Assembly (NCBI GenBank): GCA_049969675.1
Contig: JBMFOP010000091.1
Location: forward strand, 1 to 12,005
DNA: 12,005 bases
Direction: 5' to 3'
From: Myxococcota bacterium
GTDB taxonomy: Bacteria; Myxococcota; SpSt-1050
Shown one piece after another: positions 5,901-12,005 of this stretch (position 1 is the stretch's first letter; each line of letters opens with the position of its first letter). The translations under genes were made by a program, and so were the position numbers. Under the pieces are notes generated by a model. It was not told where the DNA came from. It did no database searches and worked only from the letters and a program-made list of their open reading frames with translations.

Positions 5901-8900
5901 ATGGATAGCAGAGTTGCTCTATTTACTTTAATTGTTGCATCTCTCATCTCTGCCTGTGATTGTGGAGGGGGTCCTGAATTTGTTCTGGACGAAGGACCAG
6001 AGACAGATGTCGGCATTTTTGATGTCTTTACCGATGTAATATCAGATGTCTCCGCTGATAGGGGATATACTGATATATCAGGAGATGCAGCAGATGTGAG
6101 TTTTATTGATACTTTTGATGCTCTGGATATACTTGATGTGGAGGATGTCTCTGATGTTATTGAAGATATCTCCGATATCACCAAAGATACAGATGTCCTT
6201 GAGGATGTGAGTGATGTAAGGGTGGATGTGGGGGATATCTCTGATATCAAGGAGGAGAAAGATGCTGAAACTGATATAATAATAGAAGATGTCACTCCCC
6301 ATGATATATTAGAAGATGTAATTTCGGATGTAATCACAGATGGCGGGATAGCCCATACAACAATAAAGGAGTGTCCACCGTCCCCCAACAATTTTAAGAA
6401 GGTGAGATTTGAATTCAGCAATCCAGATTCTACTTCGTTTGAATGTAAACTCAATAATTCAGATTACTACCCCTGTACCTCACCTGTTGAGATTCCAGAT
6501 GAGACATTTACAGATCTGATAGAGGGGGAGAATAACTTTTATGTGAGGGCAATGATAAATGGAGAGTTTGAGAGCGAACCCGCAGGTTGTAGCTGGATAA
6601 AGGATACCGTTCCACCAGAGACTACTTTTGCAGTAAATCCGGACTTTGAATGTAAGAAGGATGCCACATTTGAAGTTGAATGCAACGAAGGGGGTTGCAC
6701 TTATGAATATTCACTTGATGGTTCGGATTGGATGGAGACATCTTCAACGATAGGATTAAAAGATCTATCTGATGGAAATCATACATTGCGAGTCAGAGCA
6801 AAGGATATGGCCGGGAACTATGATGACACACCGCTTGAATATACATTCAATACAGATACAACGGCACCAGACCTTACAATCCTGAGTAAGCCAGACGAAT
6901 ATATCAATACAGATTCTGGCACATTTACCTTTGTCTCAACAGATTCTACAGCGATATTTGTCTGTTCATTTGACCAGGGCCCTTTCTATGATTGTCAATC
7001 ACCTCAGGTGTTTTTAAATCTTGCCGAGGGGAGTCACGAATTCAGGATATATTCAAAGGATGGGTGTGAGAATATTGGCTCAATCTTCAATTATACCTTT
7101 TTTGTAGACCGTACTCCGCCCGAGAGTACAATAACATCAAAACCAGCATCAGTATCTAATGAGAAAAGCCCTGCATTTGGATTTGGCTGCTCTGAGGATG
7201 GTATGGCTGAATGCAGGTTAGATGGTGGAGATTATACGGGATGTATTTCACCTGTAGTGTATAATAATCTTTCAGATGGAGAGCACAGATTTTTTGTAAG
7301 ATGTATTGATAAGGCAGGGAATGTTGATTCAACTCCCGCAGAATATATATGGAACATAGATACAGTTCCACCCGAGAGCACGATCACTGCAAAGCCAAAT
7401 AATCCATCGCAATTTAAGAATGCCACATTTGAGTTTATCTGTACGGAGAATGGTTCTGCAGATTGCTCACTTGACAATTCCCAATATACTGCCTGCACCT
7501 CACCGGTGACATACAATAATCTAACTGATGGGAATCACAACTTTAGAGTTAGATGTATAGATGAGGCGGGGAACATTGATTCAACACCTGCGACATATGG
7601 CTGGCTAATTGATTCAACTCCACCTGTTACTACCATTACAGAGGGTCCACAAAATCCTACAAAGAGCACAGGTGCTACATTCAGGTTTAGTTGTAACGAA
7701 TCGGGTATTATTGAGTGCAGACTGGATTCACAATCCTGGGCACAGTGCACATCCCCCCGGGTATATATAAACCTCACAAATGGTCCACATATATTCTCCG
7801 CAAGATGCACAGATAATGCCGGAAATGTTGAGAGTTCACCACCTGTATATAACTGGATTGTAGATACAGTACCTCCAGATACATCCATAATAACTTACCC
7901 ACCTTCCATCTCAAATAGCACCGCTGCCGCCTTTACCTTCTCCTCTAATGAGAGTGGTTCTACATACGAGTGCTCATTAAACGATGGTGCATACTCACCC
8001 TGTCTGGAGAATCAACAATTCTCCAATCTGTCAGAGGGGACAAATAGGCTCTGCGTAAGGGCGACGGACAGAGCCGGGAATACAGATAATACCCCGGCCT
8101 GTTACCAATGGACCATAGATATAACGCCACCTGATACCATTATTCTGAATCATCCCTCCAATCCTACCAATCAGACTATAGCGAGTTTTGAATTTGATTC
8201 AAATGAGCCGGGTTCCACATTTGAATGTTCTCTTGATAACTCGGCATTCACTCCCTGCACATCGCCAAAGGTCTATACAGGGCTTGGTAGCAATATACAT
8301 ACATTCAGGGTAAGGGCGGTTGATATGGCTGGAAATGTTGATTCAACTCCTGCAGAGTATATATGGGAGGTTGATACAATTGCACCCACTACCACCATAC
8401 TATCAAAACCGGATAATCCATCTAATTCCACAACTGCAACATTTACATTTAGTTCAAATGACCCGAATGCATTATATGAGTGCTCACTTGACGGCAGTCA
8501 GTGGATATCCTGTAGTTCGCCTGCTGTATATGCAGGGCTCTCTGAGGGGAGTCATAACTTTAGAGTAAGGGGAAAAGACCAGCTCGGGAATACAGAGCAG
8601 AATCCGCCTTCTTACAACTGGGATATAGATATAACACCGCCAGATACGGCTATAACCGGATTCCCTCCAGACCCAACAAATAATCCATCTCCGGAGTTTA
8701 CCTTTAACTCCAATGAGGGTGGTTCTACATTTGAATGTTCGTACGACTTCGGGGCATATTTTACCTGCGGCTCGCCACATATATGGGGCAATATATCTGA
8801 GGGAATCAGATATTTCTCTGTGAGGGCAAGGGATAAGGCTGGGAACATTGACCCAACACCCGCTCAATATAGTTTTACGGTTGACCTGACCGAACCAGAG

Positions 8901-11696
8901 ACCTACATTGTCAATAAGCCGACCAATCCGACCAATAAGACGACTGCCACATTTTCATTTTACTCCAATGAATCAGATACATCATTTGAGTGCAAACTGG
9001 ATGGCGGTTCATTTACCCCCTGCGTGAGCCCTGCTACATACAACTCACTTTCAGATGGAAACCATACCTTCTATGTGAGGGCGATTGACCTCTCTGGCAA
9101 TATAGATTCAACTCCTGCAGACTATGAATGGAAGATAGACACTGTTCCACCCGATACAACGATACTTACAAATCCACCAGCCATTACAAACAGCAAAAAT
9201 GCTGGCTTTACATTTAATTGCTCGGATGATACCATCCCCTGTACATTTGAATGCTCACTTGATGGAGCCGCATTCTCACTCTGCACATCTCCAATTCAAT
9301 ATACCAATCTTGCCGATGGGAATCATACATTCAGGGTACGGGCGATTGATGGTGCTCAGAATACAGACCCAACCCCTGCACAATATAATTGGAGAGTTGA
9401 TACAGTACCTCCGCAGGCATTTATTGATAGTATGCCCGGCAATCCAAGTATGTCTACAGATGCCACATTTACCTTTCACTGCAATGAGATTGCGACCACA
9501 GAATGCTCTCTTGATGGCTCAATATATTCCTCCTGCACATCACCAAAGTCATATTCTAACCTGGATGTTGGAAGTCATACATTCGCTGTGAGATGTATAG
9601 ATCAGGCAAATAACATCTCTCTACCAGTTCAATATAGCTGGGATATTATGCTCTTTAAGATTGAGCGTGTGGATGCCCCGAGATTCTTCACCAACTTTTA
9701 CAACCGTGCTATCAAGACTGATTCAAATAATATCCCTCATATCGTATATGGAGGAGATAATCTCTATCACGCATATCTCTCAGGGACGAGTTTTGTAACT
9801 GAAGTTATTGACAACAGTCAGGGATTGGGGGAGTATGCCTCCCTATTCATTGATAAAAATGATTATCTGCATATAAGCTACTACAACCCGACAAATCTCT
9901 CTTTAATGTATGCCACAAACTCTGGTGGTGTCTGGTCAAAGACAACCGTGGATTCTGGGAATAATGTAGGGATGTATTCTGCAATTGCTGTTGATAATAA
10001 TGGATATGTCCATATTGCATATTTTGACAATACCACATATGATTTAAAGTATGCAACCAATGTAAGTGGTGTATGGGTCACTCAGGTAGTTGAATCACAA
10101 TATATATCAGGTGAATACTGCAGTATAGCCATTGATTCACAAAATAATCCACACATCGCATATTACAAGAGAGGATTTCCTGTAAATAAAGGCGTCTTAC
10201 AGTACGCAACAAAAACTGGTGGGACATGGAATATTCAGACACTTGATGATATAGGAGATGCATATTATGTAGGCCTATATACATCTATTTTTATAGATAA
10301 GAACGATGATATCCATTTAAGCTACTTTGATGGAAGCTCGTATGACCTGAAATACATTAGAACAAATGGTGGAATCTGGAACTCTCCCATTGTCGTAGAG
10401 TCAGCGGGAGATGTGGGAAGATATAGTTCGCTTGTCGTGGACCAGAACGGATATGCCCATATTACCTACTACAATACAAATGGGACATTGAGATATGCCA
10501 ACAATATATCCGGCTCCTTTGTCTCACAACTTGTGGACAATACAGCGAGCGTCGGTGCATTTAACTCTCTTGCGATTGACAAAAATGGTGTTTTGCACGC
10601 CTCATATTATGATGCTACAAATGCGAAGTTGAAATATGCGATGAGGATTACGAGCGGAAACTGGACCAACTTCAAATATGTAGATACATCCGGTTCTGTC
10701 GGTCAATATCCATCCATCCATCTGGATACATTACATAGACCTCACATCTGCTATTATGATGCATACTATAACGGTGAATTAAAATATGCCTACAAAGAGA
10801 ATGGGGTATGGAATCTCTTAACAGTAGATAATGGTGGTGTCTCAAATTACAGTGTGGGTAGATATTGCAATATAAAGACTGACAACAACAATAAGGTTCA
10901 CATCAGCTATATTGATGTCTCACGAGGAAATATAAAGTATATTACAAACTCCTCTGGTTCGTGGGTATCTGAGAATGTTGACAATATAAATACTGTAGGA
11001 CAGTATCAGACATCTATAGCGATAGATTCAAACGGTAAGATTCATATCAGCTACTATGACTCCGCAAATGGTGGGGAGCTCAGATATTCAAACAATGTGG
11101 CTGGTTACTGGGTCTCAACAGTCGTAGATGATGGTGGTGCAGCAAATGCAAATGTAGGTCAATACAGTTCTATAGCAGTAGACCAAAACGGCTTTGTACA
11201 TATCTCCTACTATGATGCAACAAATGCAGATCTGAAATACGCCACAAATCTATCTGGCAGTTTCATAACATATACAGTAGACTCTGCAGGGAGTGTTGGG
11301 GCATATACAGCCATAGCCCTTGATTCAAATGGATATCCGATAATCAGCTACTACGATGCTTTCCCTAACTATAATTTAAAAGTGGCAATCTATGACGGGA
11401 CGAGCTGGTCAACCTCTGTTGCAGATTCAAATGCCAACAATGTCGGGCTATATACATCCATCTCTGTTGATTCAAACAATAAAATTCATATAGCATATTA
11501 TGATGCCACATCTTATAAAGTAAAATATGCGACGAATAAGTATGGGAGCTGGCAGAACTTTGTGATTGACACACAGGGAAGACTTGGCACAAATGGATAT
11601 ACAACAGGGATCTTTGCAACCCCAACAGGTATGGTGCATATAATATACTATGATTTTCTGATGAGAGATTTGAAATATGCAACAAATGAGAATTGA
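5901..11696 (+). CDS. Giant surface lipoprotein/adhesin-like protein: lipobox, Asp-rich linker, 13 Ig-like repeats, 14 beta-propeller-type repeats
   Basis: 1931-aa ORF with a strong RBS. Signal peptide ends in LISA-C19-DCGGG. Acidic D/E/V/I-rich linker at about aa 30-148. Tandem ~85-aa repeats at aa 153-1249 and ~48-aa repeats at aa 1250-1931. Confidence 0.9.
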   Translation: MDSRVALFTLIVASLISACDCGGGPEFVLDEGPETDVGIFDVFTDVISDVSADRGYTDISGDAADVSFIDTFDALDILDVEDVSDVIEDISDITKDTDVLEDVSDVRVDVGDISDIKEEKDAETDIIIEDVTPHDILEDVISDVITDGGIAHTTIKECPPSPNNFKKVRFEFSNPDSTSFECKLNNSDYYPCTSPVEIPDETFTDLIEGENNFYVRAMINGEFESEPAGCSWIKDTVPPETTFAVNPDFECKKDATFEVECNEGGCTYEYSLDGSDWMETSSTIGLKDLSDGNHTLRVRAKDMAGNYDDTPLEYTFNTDTTAPDLTILSKPDEYINTDSGTFTFVSTDSTAIFVCSFDQGPFYDCQSPQVFLNLAEGSHEFRIYSKDGCENIGSIFNYTFFVDRTPPESTITSKPASVSNEKSPAFGFGCSEDGMAECRLDGGDYTGCISPVVYNNLSDGEHRFFVRCIDKAGNVDSTPAEYIWNIDTVPPESTITAKPNNPSQFKNATFEFICTENGSADCSLDNSQYTACTSPVTYNNLTDGNHNFRVRCIDEAGNIDSTPATYGWLIDSTPPVTTITEGPQNPTKSTGATFRFSCNESGIIECRLDSQSWAQCTSPRVYINLTNGPHIFSARCTDNAGNVESSPPVYNWIVDTVPPDTSIITYPPSISNSTAAAFTFSSNESGSTYECSLNDGAYSPCLENQQFSNLSEGTNRLCVRATDRAGNTDNTPACYQWTIDITPPDTIILNHPSNPTNQTIASFEFDSNEPGSTFECSLDNSAFTPCTSPKVYTGLGSNIHTFRVRAVDMAGNVDSTPAEYIWEVDTIAPTTTILSKPDNPSNSTTATFTFSSNDPNALYECSLDGSQWISCSSPAVYAGLSEGSHNFRVRGKDQLGNTEQNPPSYNWDIDITPPDTAITGFPPDPTNNPSPEFTFNSNEGGSTFECSYDFGAYFTCGSPHIWGNISEGIRYFSVRARDKAGNIDPTPAQYSFTVDLTEPETYIVNKPTNPTNKTTATFSFYSNESDTSFECKLDGGSFTPCVSPATYNSLSDGNHTFYVRAIDLSGNIDSTPADYEWKIDTVPPDTTILTNPPAITNSKNAGFTFNCSDDTIPCTFECSLDGAAFSLCTSPIQYTNLADGNHTFRVRAIDGAQNTDPTPAQYNWRVDTVPPQAFIDSMPGNPSMSTDATFTFHCNEIATTECSLDGSIYSSCTSPKSYSNLDVGSHTFAVRCIDQANNISLPVQYSWDIMLFKIERVDAPRFFTNFYNRAIKTDSNNIPHIVYGGDNLYHAYLSGTSFVTEVIDNSQGLGEYASLFIDKNDYLHISYYNPTNLSLMYATNSGGVWSKTTVDSGNNVGMYSAIAVDNNGYVHIAYFDNTTYDLKYATNVSGVWVTQVVESQYISGEYCSIAIDSQNNPHIAYYKRGFPVNKGVLQYATKTGGTWNIQTLDDIGDAYYVGLYTSIFIDKNDDIHLSYFDGSSYDLKYIRTNGGIWNSPIVVESAGDVGRYSSLVVDQNGYAHITYYNTNGTLRYANNISGSFVSQLVDNTASVGAFNSLAIDKNGVLHASYYDATNAKLKYAMRITSGNWTNFKYVDTSGSVGQYPSIHLDTLHRPHICYYDAYYNGELKYAYKENGVWNLLTVDNGGVSNYSVGRYCNIKTDNNNKVHISYIDVSRGNIKYITNSSGSWVSENVDNINTVGQYQTSIAIDSNGKIHISYYDSANGGELRYSNNVAGYWVSTVVDDGGAANANVGQYSSIAVDQNGFVHISYYDATNADLKYATNLSGSFITYTVDSAGSVGAYTAIALDSNGYPIISYYDAFPNYNLKVAIYDGTSWSTSVADSNANNVGLYTSISVDSNNKIHIAYYDATSYKVKYATNKYGSWQNFVIDTQGRLGTNGYTTGIFATPTGMVHIIYYDFLMRDLKYATNEN
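6357..9647 (+). repeat. 13 tandem ~255-bp coding repeats (Ig-like/Big-type beta-sandwich domains)
   Basis: Consensus DTxPPxTxIxxxPxxxxxxxxAxFxFxxxExxxxFECxLDxxxxxxCxSPxxYxxLxxGxHxFxVRAxDxAGNxDxTPAxYxW, counted 13 times. The copies are diverged at DNA level. Confidence 0.88.
9648..11693 (+). repeat. 14 tandem ~47-51-aa beta-propeller blade-like repeats
   Basis: Consensus VDxxxxVGxYxSIAxDxNxxxHISYYDxxxxxLKYAxxxxGxW, counted 14 times, with a four-strand blade pattern. Confidence 0.82.
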
Positions 11697-11870
11697 GATA
11701 CCTTCCCAATTCATCGCTGTCCAAAATCTGCTTTGAGAATATAACTATTTAGTAGTGTAACAAACAAGAGACCTGTAGAAAAAAGGCTTTTCTTCGGATT
11801 CTTTGTAAAAACAAAGAGGGGACAGCCTAAAAAAATTTGCTTGACTTAAAAAAAAATATTTAATTACAAT

Positions 11871-12005
11871 AAGGCAGGCACTAAGAAAGAGGTCACAGTG
11901 CATACACTAAGGCACAGTTTTGCGAATCATTTATTAGAGGCTGGGAAAGACTTGAGGTACATACAGGAGTTATTAGGTCATGCCCACAGTAAAACTACTG
12001 AAATC
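11871..12005 (+). pseudogene. C-terminal fragment of a tyrosine recombinase (XerC/D or integron-integrase-like), 5'-truncated, runs off the window
   Basis: Reads [45 protein letters not shown], i.e. box II H-x-x-R plus LLGH. There is an in-frame TAA at 11847-11849 and no recognisable N-terminal or box I sequence upstream. Too short for the ORF track. Confidence 0.85.

Noticed and set aside
6357..9647. CRISPR array or recent DNA tandem duplication
   Set aside because: The repeats are in-frame ~255-bp protein domains that are well diverged at nucleotide level. There are no identical short repeats with spacers.
6357..11693. Numerous N-x-S/T sequons suggesting N-glycosylation
   Set aside because: By rough estimate the number is about what the high Asn/Ser/Thr content would give by chance.
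5885..11724. Many short antisense and alternate-frame ORFs within the giant gene (and similar ones over the kinase operon and flavin reductase)
   Set aside because: These are shadow ORFs of strongly supported genes and have no recognisable motifs.

Overview
AT-rich bacterial window; the protein architectures are of the kind seen in Myxococcota/deltaproteobacteria, which is an inference. From left to right it holds: (1) a flavin reductase-like FMN-binding gene (+); (2) a tightly coupled five-gene minus-strand operon encoding a coiled-coil lipoprotein, a zinc-ribbon/FHA protein, a PP2C phosphatase, a membrane Hanks-type Ser/Thr kinase (N-terminal zinc ribbon, extracytoplasmic FGE-sulfatase-like domain) and a small hypothetical protein; (3) a 761-bp internally deleted IS66-family relic that keeps both terminal inverted repeats; (4) a divergently transcribed 1931-aa lipoprotein with an Asp-rich linker, 13 Cys-containing Ig-like repeats and 14 beta-propeller-type repeats; (5) a 5'-truncated tyrosine recombinase fragment at the right edge. 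The best candidate for an undescribed system is the stand-alone trans-envelope Thr-phosphorylation operon. Its parts list parallels the T6SS TagQ/TagR/PpkA/PppA/Fha circuit, but no T6SS genes are in the window and it sits head-to-head with the giant adhesin-like gene. I found no RNA genes, CRISPR array or DGR.
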